Shown: positions 46,045-56,119, counted from the first letter of the stretch. The stretch is DNA of 56,456 nucleotides from an uncultured Candidatus Saccharibacteria bacterium (GCA_964365185.1 CAYIOP010000004.1:1-56456); one strand, 5' to 3'. The notes: generated by a model not told the origin, from the letters alone. Made by a program: numbers and translations.

Positions 46045-47559
46045 GTGTCTGGCGGCTTTAGTGATAAATTTTCAGCCGACAAAATCCTCCGTTTTGTAAG
46101 AACGAAGGGGGATGCGTTTTGGTCTCACGAAAGGGAATCGAGAACGATTAAATTGTTTCGCGCGGCCGCAAGCCGAGTTCCGGCTTACAAGGATTTTTTA
46201 AAAAAACATCGGGTTAATCCCGCTAAAATCAAAACTTTTAAAGATTTTGAGCTTTTGCCCATTACGGATAAAAAGACATATCTTCGGGCGTATCCTTTAG
46301 AAAAACTTTCTTGGGAAGGCAATATTAATAAACCAGTTGTTTTTACTTCAACCTCTGGCTCAACCGGCGAGCCGTTTTATTTTCCGCGTGAGCAAAAACT
46401 GGACTGGCAGTACTCGATTTTGGCCGAAGAATTTTTAAATAACAGTTCTTATGGCACCGGCGGGCCGACCTTAGTGATTGTCGGTTTTGGGATGGGCGTT
46501 TGGATTGGCGGGCTTATTACTTACAAGGCCTTTGAAATAGCCGCGGAGAGGAGTGGCTTGCCAGTTTCGATTATTACGCCGGGCATTAATAAGCCAGAGA
46601 TTTTCCACGCGTTAAAAAATCTTGCTCCGCATTATCGGGAGACAATTTTGATTGGTTATCCGCCTTTTATAAAAGATATTATTGATGAAGCGCCGGAGAG
46701 GGGAATTAATTTGAGGCGTTTGAATTTGCGATTGCTTTTTGCGGCGGAGGCCTTTAACGAGAAATTTAGAGATTATGTTGTTAAAAATGGTGGAGTTCGA
46801 AATCCGGTTTTAGACACTTTAAACATTTACGGTACGGCGGATATCGGCGCGATGGCTTATGAAACGCCGACATCTATTTTAGTTCGACGGCTGGCCCTAA
46901 AGAACCAAAAAGTTTTCCGCGAGATTTTTTCGGACATTCACAAGACCCCGACTTTAGCCCAATATAATCCGTTTTTTATGACTTTCGAAGCTGCGGGCGA
47001 AGACATCCTTTTAACTGGTGATAACACTATTCCCCTTATTCGTTACGCGATTGGTGATCATGGCGGGGTGATGAATTTTTCGGAACTCGAAGAAAAACTA
47101 AAATCGAATGGAGTTGATTTAAAAAAAGAAGCCAGAAAAATCGGAGCTGATAAAAGCATTTCGGAAATTCCGTTTGTTTATGTGTACGAGCGCAAAGATT
47201 TGTCGACTAAATTATACGGGGCCATAATTTATCCAGAGCATATTAGAGAAGCCATACAGCACGATAAGCTCGAAAAATTTGTCACGGGAAAATTTACTAT
47301 TATGACAAAATATAATAAAAAACAGAATCAGTTTATGGAGGTTCATATTGAATTAAAGCCTAAGGTTCAATCATCAAAGTATCTTAGAAAATTGTGCCAT
47401 GATTTAGTTGTTGACAGCTTATTACTTAAAAACGCTGAATATAGGAATAATTACTCATCGGTGCCCCATAAAGTTAGGCCCCGGGTTTTTTTCTGGCCCC
47501 ATGAACATAATTTACATTTCAAACCCGGTATTAAACAAAAATGGGTAAAAAAATCTTAA
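46045..47559 (+). CDS. PaaK/CapK/F390-synthetase-like adenylate-forming ligase (GTG start)
   Basis: FTSTSGSTGEPFYFP AMP-binding motif and YGTADIG. Length and layout resemble phenylacetate-CoA ligase family proteins. Confidence 0.7.
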   Translation: MSGGFSDKFSADKILRFVRTKGDAFWSHERESRTIKLFRAAASRVPAYKDFLKKHRVNPAKIKTFKDFELLPITDKKTYLRAYPLEKLSWEGNINKPVVFTSTSGSTGEPFYFPREQKLDWQYSILAEEFLNNSSYGTGGPTLVIVGFGMGVWIGGLITYKAFEIAAERSGLPVSIITPGINKPEIFHALKNLAPHYRETILIGYPPFIKDIIDEAPERGINLRRLNLRLLFAAEAFNEKFRDYVVKNGGVRNPVLDTLNIYGTADIGAMAYETPTSILVRRLALKNQKVFREIFSDIHKTPTLAQYNPFFMTFEAAGEDILLTGDNTIPLIRYAIGDHGGVMNFSELEEKLKSNGVDLKKEARKIGADKSISEIPFVYVYERKDLSTKLYGAIIYPEHIREAIQHDKLEKFVTGKFTIMTKYNKKQNQFMEVHIELKPKVQSSKYLRKLCHDLVVDSLLLKNAEYRNNYSSVPHKVRPRVFFWPHEHNLHFKPGIKQKWVKKS

Positions 47560-47563
47560 AATA

Positions 47564-48754
47564 ATGGAACTCACGGAAATTCTAAAACAAAAATCAAAAG
47601 TAGTAGCGGATTCAAAACCAAAGATTTTTGATTTAAGTAGTCAAGATGACGAGAGATTATTTATTTCTTTGCTATCCGAAAATAAAATTCAGCACATAGT
47701 TGATGATTTTAAAGAACAACTTCACGAACTCTTTGCCGTTAATAATCCCGATAAAGTTTTTAACCCTAATTTTAAAGACGAATTTGAAAATCATTTTTCC
47801 GACCAAGAAAAGCAGAATTCATTAATTAAAACCGGCCGGTGGGTTTATTTTCCCTGGATTTCAACCGTTGTCCATATTTTGGATGATAAAGATTTCCAGT
47901 TAGTTAGAACTGCGCGTAATAAAAATTTAATTAATGCGGAAGAACAGGGAAAATTTTATAACTCGACTATCGGTATTGGAGGGTTAAGCGTTGGCAATAG
48001 CGTGGCTTTAGCTATCGTTCTTCAAGGTGGGGGGAGGCGAATTCGTTTAGCTGATTTTGATACCTTAGCTCTAACCAATACTAATCGCATTCGAGCCGGA
48101 GTAGAAAATCTTGGATTGAAGAAAATAGAAATGACCGCGCGGCAAATTTATCAAATTAACCCCTATGCCGAAGTCGAATTGTTTTCCGATGGTCTAACTA
48201 AAGAAAATATCTCCCAATTTTTCTTAGGGCCTCCAAAGCTTGATATTATGATTGATGAACTGGACAATCTGGCTGTTAAATTTTTGATTAGAGAAGAAGC
48301 TAAGAAGAACAGATTAGCAGTGGTGATGGCCGCGGATAATGGAGATAATGGAGTGATCGATATAGAGAGATATGATTTAGATTCTAACACGTCATTCTTT
48401 CATGGCCGCATGGGAGATGTTACTTACGAAAAACTTATTGGTTTAGACAAGATGAGCATCGGTAAACTTATCGCTCAACATATTGGTATTGAAACAGTAA
48501 CTAATCGAGTTAGGGAATCAATGCCCGAGATCGGAAAAACTATCGTTTCTTGGCCTCAACTTGGCGGAGCGGCGCTTTTAAATGGTTCAGCAGTGGCTTA
48601 TTGCGTGCGGCGCATTATTAATAATCAACTTATTGAGAATAACCGAGCTCTAATTTCTTTAGACGAAAAATTAGTGCCGGGTTACAATTCACCCGAAGAA
48701 ATTCAAAAGAGGACCGAATCAATAGAGAAATTCAAATCAATTTTTGGACTTTAG
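47564..48754 (+). CDS. ThiF/MoeB/E1-like nucleotide-binding protein (Rv1355c-type ThiF domain)
   Basis: STIGIGGLSVGNSVALAIVLQGG..IRLADFDTLALTNTNRI. There is an extra ~110-aa N-terminal region. Confidence 0.65.
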   Translation: MELTEILKQKSKVVADSKPKIFDLSSQDDERLFISLLSENKIQHIVDDFKEQLHELFAVNNPDKVFNPNFKDEFENHFSDQEKQNSLIKTGRWVYFPWISTVVHILDDKDFQLVRTARNKNLINAEEQGKFYNSTIGIGGLSVGNSVALAIVLQGGGRRIRLADFDTLALTNTNRIRAGVENLGLKKIEMTARQIYQINPYAEVELFSDGLTKENISQFFLGPPKLDIMIDELDNLAVKFLIREEAKKNRLAVVMAADNGDNGVIDIERYDLDSNTSFFHGRMGDVTYEKLIGLDKMSIGKLIAQHIGIETVTNRVRESMPEIGKTIVSWPQLGGAALLNGSAVAYCVRRIINNQLIENNRALISLDEKLVPGYNSPEEIQKRTESIEKFKSIFGL

Positions 48755-48790
48755 TTCGTATAATAATTTCATGGGAGAAAGCTACATTTT

Positions 48791-49183
48791 TTAGGAGATA
48801 GACAGCCGAGGAAAATTTTTCCTATCTTCGAAGCCATTACAACGTAGAGCTATGCTGTTCTTGATCTCTAGGCGCCTGATATTAAGTTCTCTGATTTCCT
48901 TATAGATCTTTCCTGCCGCGAGGAAATCATTCTTTGTATAACTAACAGTTATCATTTCTTCTTTAGTCCATATCAAGCGATGAATTCTTATCAACTCCAA
49001 ATAGTTTTTTGTTTCTGAGACGGGCACTGATTTTAATAGTAAATCCCTTTGTGATTCAACTTGGAGTCCATTTTCGGCTTTTATAGCAAAAATCGCTGCC
49101 CGATCAACCAACTCTGCAATTGGATATTCCATTTTTTTATTTATCGTAGCTATCTCAATAATATTGTCAAATTTTGACAACAT
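48791..49183 (-). CDS. small helical hypothetical protein
   Basis: IAELVDRAAIFAIK..LIRIHRLIWTKEE..ELNIRRLEIKNSI. The true start is possibly the internal Met (MEYPIAEL). Confidence 0.45.
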   Translation of the reverse strand: MLSKFDNIIEIATINKKMEYPIAELVDRAAIFAIKAENGLQVESQRDLLLKSVPVSETKNYLELIRIHRLIWTKEEMITVSYTKNDFLAAGKIYKEIRELNIRRLEIKNSIALRCNGFEDRKNFPRLSIS

Positions 49184-49268
49184 CGTTTTTTGACTCTATT
49201 ATTCTTACGGCTCTTTCTGTATCTAGTTGAATCCTCGATTTGTATCTATCCTTTGAAAGGAGGGAAAA

Positions 49269-49955
49269 ATGTGGGCAATTGTCCTTGCGGGAGGAAGGGG
49301 AGAAAGACTGCGACCCCTAACCGAAAAAACCCCTAAGCCTATGATTGAAGTTCTAGGTAAACCGATTCTTTATCGCCACCTTGCTTGGCTTGCTTCGGAG
49401 GGCATAGAAGATGTTGTCGTTGCATGCGGCTATAAGGAGAATGTTATCATAACCTCCTTAACTAAAAACTATCCACCCAGATTAAATGTTCAATTCGTCA
49501 CTAAATGCGAACCCCTTGGAAGAGGTGGGGCAATAAAGAAAGCCGCGCAGCTAATTCCCTCAGAAAAAGAACCAGTAGTCATTTCGTACGCAGACATCAT
49601 CACCGACATTCCTATTCGTGAAGTCTTGCAACTGCATCGTGAGCGGCGCCCCCTTCTTACGCTTGTAGTAGTTCCGTATCGCTCGCCATTTGGTATTGCG
49701 GAAGTCGCTGATGATGACTACTTAGTAGGATTCCGGGAGAGACCGCAACTACCATATTGGGTTAATAGCGGAATCTTCGTTGCTTCTAGGGAGTTTTTGG
49801 ATGATCTACCAGAAAAAGGAGAAGAAGAGAGGACTATCTCGATTTTCGCGAAAAGAAGACAGGTAGTTGCATTTCGCGCTACTAACCAACTTTGGCGGTC
49901 AATCGATACGCCGAAAGACCTCCAGGAATTGGAGCAAGGTTCCATTCTTTTTTAG
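49269..49955 (+). CDS. sugar-phosphate nucleotidyltransferase (NTP-transferase family)
   Basis: N-terminal VLAGGRGERLRPLTEKTPKPM signature. Confidence 0.8.
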   Translation: MWAIVLAGGRGERLRPLTEKTPKPMIEVLGKPILYRHLAWLASEGIEDVVVACGYKENVIITSLTKNYPPRLNVQFVTKCEPLGRGGAIKKAAQLIPSEKEPVVISYADIITDIPIREVLQLHRERRPLLTLVVVPYRSPFGIAEVADDDYLVGFRERPQLPYWVNSGIFVASREFLDDLPEKGEEERTISIFAKRRQVVAFRATNQLWRSIDTPKDLQELEQGSILF

Positions 49956-49994
49956 CGGAACAGGCGTGTTTTTGTTCTAGCTCTGCGTATAGTA

Positions 49995-50570
49995 TTATAT
50001 GTGGAGCTTTTTCTTTTTGAGCAGACCTAAAAGAATAGCAAGGGTGCTTGGGCTAACCTTTATCTGATTCGTCGTTATTTTTTTTAGTATCTCCATTTGA
50101 CTAAAGAGATGAACTTCTATCGTTTCCGTTATATCGAGATTTTGTTTTGCTATAAGTGTTGCTCCTTCAGCTATAAACACATGGGTTCCATTTCCCTTCT
50201 CAAGTGTTGGGTTGCTATAAAAAAACCCCAACTTACGCCACCTTCTCGCCATATGACCAGTTTCTTCGAGTAACTCACGTTTCGCAGCCGTCAGCGGTTT
50301 TTCCCCTTTACGCATATATCCTGCCGGTACTTCCAATAAGACTTTTCCAGCTCCGTGTTTATACTGTCGAACCATAATAATCTTTTTTTTATCGGTAATA
50401 GCTAAGATGTGTACTGCATTCTCGAAAACTCCTAAAAAATAATCGTCAATAATTTTCCCCGGCCTTATCTCAACCGAATCTCTTCGTAATTTGTACCATC
50501 GGTTACGAAATACGAATTTTGAACGCAAAATCTTCCAACGATGAATTTTTCTTGAATTTAATATATCCAT
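49995..50570 (-). CDS. NUDIX hydrolase (ADP-ribose pyrophosphatase-like)
   Basis: Perfect Nudix box GYMRKGEKPLTAAKRELLEETGH. Confidence 0.85.
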   Translation of the reverse strand: MDILNSRKIHRWKILRSKFVFRNRWYKLRRDSVEIRPGKIIDDYFLGVFENAVHILAITDKKKIIMVRQYKHGAGKVLLEVPAGYMRKGEKPLTAAKRELLEETGHMARRWRKLGFFYSNPTLEKGNGTHVFIAEGATLIAKQNLDITETIEVHLFSQMEILKKITTNQIKVSPSTLAILLGLLKKKKLHI

Positions 50571-50734
50571 TATCAGAGTTTAAAAAACAAAACTTATCTA
50601 ATTTTAATTAGAATCCTAATCTAACCTAGCAATTATAGCATACCTAATATTTCACTTCTGATTTCGAGCTTTATTAAATTCGACTTGTAGTGCCTCACCT
50701 TAATTTAGGTATAATTAATATAAATGAAAGATAT

Positions 50735-51805
50735 ATGGCTTTGTTTGAAGATATAAAAAAAATTATCGAGTATGGCGTAACAGCACCTTCTGGCGAAAAT
50801 TGTCAGCCATGGAGATTTATAATTTCAAAAAATAAAATAAAAATTTTTAATTTACCAGAAAAAGATCAATCTTTATATAATTTCAATCAGTTTGGCTCCT
50901 ATATATCACACGGCGCCCTAATCGAAAATATAATAATTTCTGCTCAGGAAATTGGATATAGCGTTGATGTTGCAATATTTCCCGACTCTCAAAATATTAA
51001 TCATGTTTCTACGTTGATTTTAAATAAACTTGAAAAAGAAAAAAAAGACGAGTTATTTCCTTTTATTAACAAAAGAGTTAGCAATAGGAATCCTTATGAA
51101 AATACATTATTAAATCCCGAACAGGAAAATAAATTAATTACGGCCGCTCAAAAAATAAATGGAATAGAACTAAAATTAATTTCGGATCAGAAAAAGAAAG
51201 ATAAATTAGGCAAATCATTATCCTTGAGTGATCGTCTTCTTTTTGAAAACAAGGAATTACATGACTTTCTATTTCATCACATAATTTGGAATGAAAAAGA
51301 GAGCCAAGAAAAAAAATCCGGCTTTTATATCAAGGAATTAGCTCTCCCGCCACCAATCGAAAAGATCTTCAAATTACTCAGAAGTTGGGGAAAGGTAAAA
51401 ATCTTTAATAAATTCGGATTCTCTAAAATTGCTGCTAAGGGAAATATTAAACTATATAGTAAGGTTGGTGCGATTGGAGTTATACTATCTAAAGGCAATA
51501 CACCCGAGGACTATGTGTCTACTGGGAGGGCCATGCAGAGAGTTTGGCTAGAAGCCACGAGCTTGGGATTGAGCATACAAGCAGTTACAGGGATAATTTT
51601 TTTCATTCAAAGATTAATGGCCGGAGACAAAGAAAGTTTTTCGGAAATGCATTCAGCTATGATTCAGAGGGCTTTTCAAGAAATAACTGAAGAATTCGGT
51701 GTAACTAACAATAATATTTCAATGCTTTTTCGTATAGGATACGCAAAAAAGAAAGCATATAAATCTTTACGTCTTCCTCCCGTAATAAGTTTTGAAAATA
51801 GTTAA
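50735..51805 (+). CDS. tandem nitroreductase-fold protein (Acg/Rv1355c-C-terminal-like)
   Basis: APSGENCQPWRF and a second half with NKRVSNRNPY. I prefer the ATG at 50735 over the GTG at 50690. Confidence 0.7.
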   Translation: MALFEDIKKIIEYGVTAPSGENCQPWRFIISKNKIKIFNLPEKDQSLYNFNQFGSYISHGALIENIIISAQEIGYSVDVAIFPDSQNINHVSTLILNKLEKEKKDELFPFINKRVSNRNPYENTLLNPEQENKLITAAQKINGIELKLISDQKKKDKLGKSLSLSDRLLFENKELHDFLFHHIIWNEKESQEKKSGFYIKELALPPPIEKIFKLLRSWGKVKIFNKFGFSKIAAKGNIKLYSKVGAIGVILSKGNTPEDYVSTGRAMQRVWLEATSLGLSIQAVTGIIFFIQRLMAGDKESFSEMHSAMIQRAFQEITEEFGVTNNNISMLFRIGYAKKKAYKSLRLPPVISFENS

Positions 51806-51806
51806 T

Positions 51807-53456
51807 ATGGGAAAATTTGGATTATTAGTCAATTTAGATCTCCTTTCTGTGGGTATATCCATTGCCGGTATTTGTATTCTTGGATTTGCAGTTTTCTTCA
51901 ACAATAAGAATAGTTCGACAAATAGAACGTTTTTAACTTTTTCAATTTCGGCATTTTTTTGGAGTGTCTCCAATTATTTAATATATCAATTCCAGTCCTC
52001 TGAGGTTATTTTGCTTATTACTAGATTGCACATGTTTTTTTCGGTTTTATATTCTTTCTTAATTTTTAGATTATTTTTTGTCTTTCCTTTAGAAAAAATT
52101 AAATTTCCTAAATTTTATAGATCAATAATTTTACCCGTAGTAGGACTTACTTCTTTACTTACCCTTACTCCACTAGTCCTGCATCAAGTTACCGATTCTT
52201 CTATTGGAAACGTAGCTGTTATAAGCCCCGGCCCAGGTATCGCTGTTTTTGGCATAGTTGTTGTTACTCTTATTCTTAGTGGGATAATTATTTTATCAAA
52301 AAGAATGTTGAAGGTTGAGAAAAAAGAAAGAATACCTTTTAAATTCATAATCACCGGAGTCTCTATTACTTTTACTTTACACATCATTTTTAATTTTATA
52401 TTTCCAATAATTTTAAAAAATCCAAGATTTGTACCTCTGGGCGCTGTATTTACATTTCCTTTCGTGGCATTAACTTCCTACGCCATATTTAGGCATCATC
52501 TATTAAGCATAAAAGTTATAACTACTGAAATCGTTGCCTTCTTACTCTCTGTAGCATCCTTATTTGAAGTTATATTATCAAAAGACCCACTCACATTAGT
52601 ATTTAGGTCTGGAATATTTTTGCTAGTTCTTGGATTCGGCATTCTCCTCATCAAAAGCGTTTTAAGAGAAGTCGAACAGCGCGAAGAATTACAAAAACTA
52701 ACTGAACAGCTCAAAAAAGCTAACACCGAACTCGAAAGTTTAAGCCGCTTTAAAACCCAAATTCTTTCTTTTGCCTCTCATCAAATTAAAGCCCCGCTCG
52801 CGGTTATTAAACAATTCGCGAGTATCTTAATTGAAGGTCTCTATGGTCCGGTGAGCGACAAAGTTAAAGAAACCCTTGGCAAGATGAAGGGCTCGGCGGA
52901 TGAGCTGATTGACCTGATTAACACCTTGCTTGATTTACGAAAAGTGGAGGAGGGGAGGATGGAATATAAATTTGAAACCGTTAAGCTAAAGGACTTGGTC
53001 CAAGGCGTTTTTGATTCCCTAAAAGTCCAAGCCGAAGGCAAAAAATTGGCATTCACCTTTACCTCTCTAACCGAAGCCAGCGTGAGCGCTGACCCGCAAA
53101 AATTAAAACAAGTCGTTCAAAATCTAATTGAAAACGCCATTAAATACACTCCGCAGGGTTTTGTGAAAGTAGAAACTTCCTCCGAAGGAGGATCCTCCTC
53201 TGGAGGAAAGAATTCTGGCGGCTACGTGATTTTCTCGGTTTCGGACTCTGGCCTTGGAATCACACCCACTCTTTTGCCTAATCTTTTTAACCAAGAATTT
53301 GTCCGCGATGAACGCATCAAGCGCGAAATCAAAGGCACGGGCCTCGGCCTCTATATCGCCAAAAGCATTATTGACGCGCACAACGGAAAAATCTGGGCGG
53401 AATCATCAGGAGATGGAAAAGGCTCGACCTTTTACGTAAAATTAAGAAAGACGTAG
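51807..53456 (+). CDS. sensor histidine kinase with a polytopic membrane N-terminus
   Basis: H-box FASHQIKAPL, N-box QNLIENAIKYT, G-boxes DSGLGI and GTGLGLYIAKSI. No response regulator lies adjacent. Confidence 0.85.
   Translation: MGKFGLLVNLDLLSVGISIAGICILGFAVFFNNKNSSTNRTFLTFSISAFFWSVSNYLIYQFQSSEVILLITRLHMFFSVLYSFLIFRLFFVFPLEKIKFPKFYRSIILPVVGLTSLLTLTPLVLHQVTDSSIGNVAVISPGPGIAVFGIVVVTLILSGIIILSKRMLKVEKKERIPFKFIITGVSITFTLHIIFNFIFPIILKNPRFVPLGAVFTFPFVALTSYAIFRHHLLSIKVITTEIVAFLLSVASLFEVILSKDPLTLVFRSGIFLLVLGFGILLIKSVLREVEQREELQKLTEQLKKANTELESLSRFKTQILSFASHQIKAPLAVIKQFASILIEGLYGPVSDKVKETLGKMKGSADELIDLINTLLDLRKVEEGRMEYKFETVKLKDLVQGVFDSLKVQAEGKKLAFTFTSLTEASVSADPQKLKQVVQNLIENAIKYTPQGFVKVETSSEGGSSSGGKNSGGYVIFSVSDSGLGITPTLLPNLFNQEFVRDERIKREIKGTGLGLYIAKSIIDAHNGKIWAESSGDGKGSTFYVKLRKT
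53178..53207. repeat. 30-nt double-hairpin element, copy 4 (in the histidine kinase gene, in frame)
   Basis: TCCTCCGAAGGAGGA + TCCTCCTCTGGAGGA. It encodes SSEGGSSSGG inside the ATPase domain. Confidence 0.85.
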
Positions 53457-53480
53457 TCGGCGCCGCAAATTTTATTTTCC

Positions 53481-53514
53481 TTATATCCCTAATTCGCGCG
53501 AATTAGGGATATAA
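53481..53514. repeat. 34-nt perfect palindrome upstream of the ArsR-family gene
   Basis: TTATATCCCTAATTCGC|GCGAATTAGGGATATAA. It lies 16 nt before the ATG and shares the core CTAATTCGCGCGAATTAG with 53776-53815. Confidence 0.8.
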
Positions 53515-53529
53515 AGTAGAATAATAATT

Positions 53530-53790
53530 ATGAAAGAACTTGAAAAAGTTTTGAAGGCATTAGCCAATAAACGCCGTTTGGCTATATTAAAACACCTAAA
53601 GTATAATCGGGAGGCATCGGTAGGTGAAATCGCCCGGTCAATCAATCTATCTTTCAAGGCCACCTCAAAACACTTAGCCATTCTTACTGCTTTAGACATT
53701 ATCGAAAAAGAACAGCGAAGTTTACAGATGTTTTACGCTATATCCAAAAATCAAAAATCCATTGTCCGCCACCTTTTCTCCATTCTCTAA
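53530..53790 (+). CDS. ArsR/SmtB-family transcriptional regulator
   Basis: LKALANKRRLAILKHL..ASVGEIARSINLSFKATSKHLAILTALDIIEKEQ. Confidence 0.8.
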   Translation: MKELEKVLKALANKRRLAILKHLKYNREASVGEIARSINLSFKATSKHLAILTALDIIEKEQRSLQMFYAISKNQKSIVRHLFSIL

Positions 53791-53815
53791 TTCGCGCGAA
53801 TTAGAGAATGGAGAA
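53776..53815. repeat. 40-nt perfect palindrome overlapping the ArsR-family gene stop codon
   Basis: TTCTCCATTCTCTAATTCGC|GCGAATTAGAGAATGGAGAA with no T-run. Confidence 0.8.
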
Positions 53816-53894
53816 GCTCTGGTCAGGAAACACAAAAAACTATTAAAATTTGCTTAAGCTAAACAAAAATTTTAATCTTAAATAGATTCTATTT

Positions 53895-55748
53895 ATGAAA
53901 TCTATAGGAACCGCGGAGAAAATTTTAAGCCACCTTGTCCAAGAAATTGCGAGAGCCAGCCAAGGGAAAGTTAAAGTCAGTAATATTATTTTAACCACTC
54001 CACCTTCGGCGGAACTAGGGGACTATTCCTTCCTATGTTTTGAAATTTCTAAAGAATTAAAAACCCCAGCCGCAAAAGTCGCGAGTGACCTGGCCGCTAA
54101 AATTTCCGCAACCGAGTTTATTGAAAAAGCCGTTGCCGTCGGACCGTATCTTAACTTCTATCTGAACCGCAATCAGATATCAAAAAAAGCACTGGCTGAA
54201 GTTTTAAAAGAAAAAAATAAATACGGGCATTCCAAATCAAAATCCAAGGAATTCGTGATGATGGAATATATCTCGCCTAACACCAATAAACCGCTTCACA
54301 TTGGCCATATTCGAAACGGACTAATCGGTTCTTCGGTCTCTGAAATTATAAAAACTCAAGGCAGTCGGGTTTTTAAAAATGACATTATAAATGACCGCGG
54401 CATTCACATTATTAAATCCATACTTGCGTATTTGAAATGGGGGAATAATGAAACACCCGCCTCCGCGAATCTTAAAGGCGACCATTTGGTTGGAAAATAC
54501 TACGTTCGCTTTAGCCAAGAATATAATCAAGAATTTCTAACCTGGCAGAGAAACAAAAATCTGGATTTTGAAAAACTGGAACATGATAAAAAAGAAAAAA
54601 TAAAAGAGGATTTTGATAAAGAATCCGCGTTAATGAAGCAAGCTCGCGAGCTTTTAAAAAAATGGGAAGATAATGATAGGAAAATTCGCGTTCTTTGGAA
54701 AAAAATGAATTCTTGGGTCTACAAAGGTTTTGAAAACACTTATAAAAAACTTGGGCTCAATTTTGACAAACATTATTACGAAAGCGAGATTTATCAAGCT
54801 GGCAAAGAAATTATTTTTGAAGCTTTAAAAAAAGGAATTTTTTATAAAAATAAAAGCGGTGCCATCATCGCCCCGCTTTCAAAGCACCCTGAAGTTTGGC
54901 CAATTATAAACGGCAAACAAAATCCATTGGATGATAAAGTGGTTTTACGCTCTGATGGCACCAGTTTGTATATCACCCAAGATATTAATCTGGCCGCGCT
55001 CAGGGCCAAAGAATACAAAATCACCAGCTCTCTTTACTGCGTCGGTTCAGAGCAAGATTATTATTTTCGCCAGCTTTTTGCTATTTTTGAACTGCTTAAA
55101 TTTCCTAATGCCGACAAACTTTATCATTTAAGCTATGCGTTGGTTTATCTGCCCGAGGGCAAACTTAAGTCCCGCGAGGGCAAAGTGGTGGACGCCGACG
55201 AATTAATTAAAAAAATAGTTGAGCTGGCTTATGACTCACTCAAGGAACGCTATCCCAAGCTCAAAGAAACTGAACTTAAAAAACGTTCTGAAATTATCGG
55301 TTTGGGAGCGCTTAAATTTAATTTCTTGATTGCCAGCAAGACCACGCCAATTTATTTTGACCCCAAGGCCTCTCTTTCTTTTGAAGGCAAGACCGGGCCC
55401 TACTTGCAATACTCTTACGCACGAGCCGCGAGTATTTTGCGAAAAGCCAAAAAAATAAATAAACCTCGGGAGATTTTAGTAAGCGACACCCAAGAATGGA
55501 AAATTATTCTCGGTCTTATAAACTTTCCCAAAATTTTATCTGATATCGCTGAAGAATATGACCCGGCTAAATTAGCCAATTATTTAATTGAACTCTCGCA
55601 GGACTTTAACACTTTCTACCACAACCTGCCGGTTTTGGAGGCCGAGGGAAAAATCCGCGCCACCCGATTATCGCTCACTGCCGCCTTTAAAAATGTTCTA
55701 GCGCAGGGACTTTCACTTTTAGGTATTGAAACATTAGAAGAGATGTAG
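53895..55748 (+). CDS. argS: arginyl-tRNA synthetase
   Basis: PNTNKPLHIGHIRN (HIGH motif) and a DALR anticodon-binding C-terminus ending in M. Confidence 0.95.
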   Translation: MKSIGTAEKILSHLVQEIARASQGKVKVSNIILTTPPSAELGDYSFLCFEISKELKTPAAKVASDLAAKISATEFIEKAVAVGPYLNFYLNRNQISKKALAEVLKEKNKYGHSKSKSKEFVMMEYISPNTNKPLHIGHIRNGLIGSSVSEIIKTQGSRVFKNDIINDRGIHIIKSILAYLKWGNNETPASANLKGDHLVGKYYVRFSQEYNQEFLTWQRNKNLDFEKLEHDKKEKIKEDFDKESALMKQARELLKKWEDNDRKIRVLWKKMNSWVYKGFENTYKKLGLNFDKHYYESEIYQAGKEIIFEALKKGIFYKNKSGAIIAPLSKHPEVWPIINGKQNPLDDKVVLRSDGTSLYITQDINLAALRAKEYKITSSLYCVGSEQDYYFRQLFAIFELLKFPNADKLYHLSYALVYLPEGKLKSREGKVVDADELIKKIVELAYDSLKERYPKLKETELKKRSEIIGLGALKFNFLIASKTTPIYFDPKASLSFEGKTGPYLQYSYARAASILRKAKKINKPREILVSDTQEWKIILGLINFPKILSDIAEEYDPAKLANYLIELSQDFNTFYHNLPVLEAEGKIRATRLSLTAAFKNVLAQGLSLLGIETLEEM

Positions 55749-55751
55749 AAT

Positions 55752-55787
55752 AAAAAAATAGAAACCTTTAAAAGTTTCTATTTTTTT
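55752..55787. terminator. bidirectional intrinsic terminator between argS and rpmE
   Basis: A-run, then ATAGAAAC..GTTTCTAT, then a T-run. It overlaps the rpmE stop codon. Confidence 0.7.
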
Positions 55788-56032
55788 ATCTTCTTCACGT
55801 GAGCTTTTTTAACTTTTTTCAGGGCTGATTCAGCTTTTGTTTTTCTAGCTTTAAATTTCTCTACTCGGCCGGCAGTGTCGATTAATTTTTCCTCACCCGT
55901 GTAAAAAGGGTGACACTTATAGCAGATTTCCACATTGATTTTTTCTTGGGTTGAGCCAATGGTAAAGCTATTTCCGCAAACACACCGCACCGGCGTTTTT
56001 TCAAAATATTTAGGATGAATGTCTTTTTTCAT
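55778..56032 (-). CDS. rpmE: 50S ribosomal protein L31
   Basis: [30 protein letters not shown]. Confidence 0.95.
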   Translation of the reverse strand: MKKDIHPKYFEKTPVRCVCGNSFTIGSTQEKINVEICYKCHPFYTGEEKLIDTAGRVEKFKARKTKAESALKKVKKAHVKKIKK

Positions 56033-56091
56033 GGCTATTTTTGTTAATAGTTATCGGTTATTAGTTGATTATTATACACACCTTATTCAAT

Positions 56092-56119
56092 TTGACAAGT
56101 CCGAATAGGTATATATAAT
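56092..56119 (+). promoter_or_regulatory. consensus sigma-70 promoter (TTGACA - 16 nt - TATAAT)
   Basis: Exact -35 (56092-56097) and -10 (56114-56119) hexamers, about 310 nt upstream of the 16S 5' end. Confidence 0.5.
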
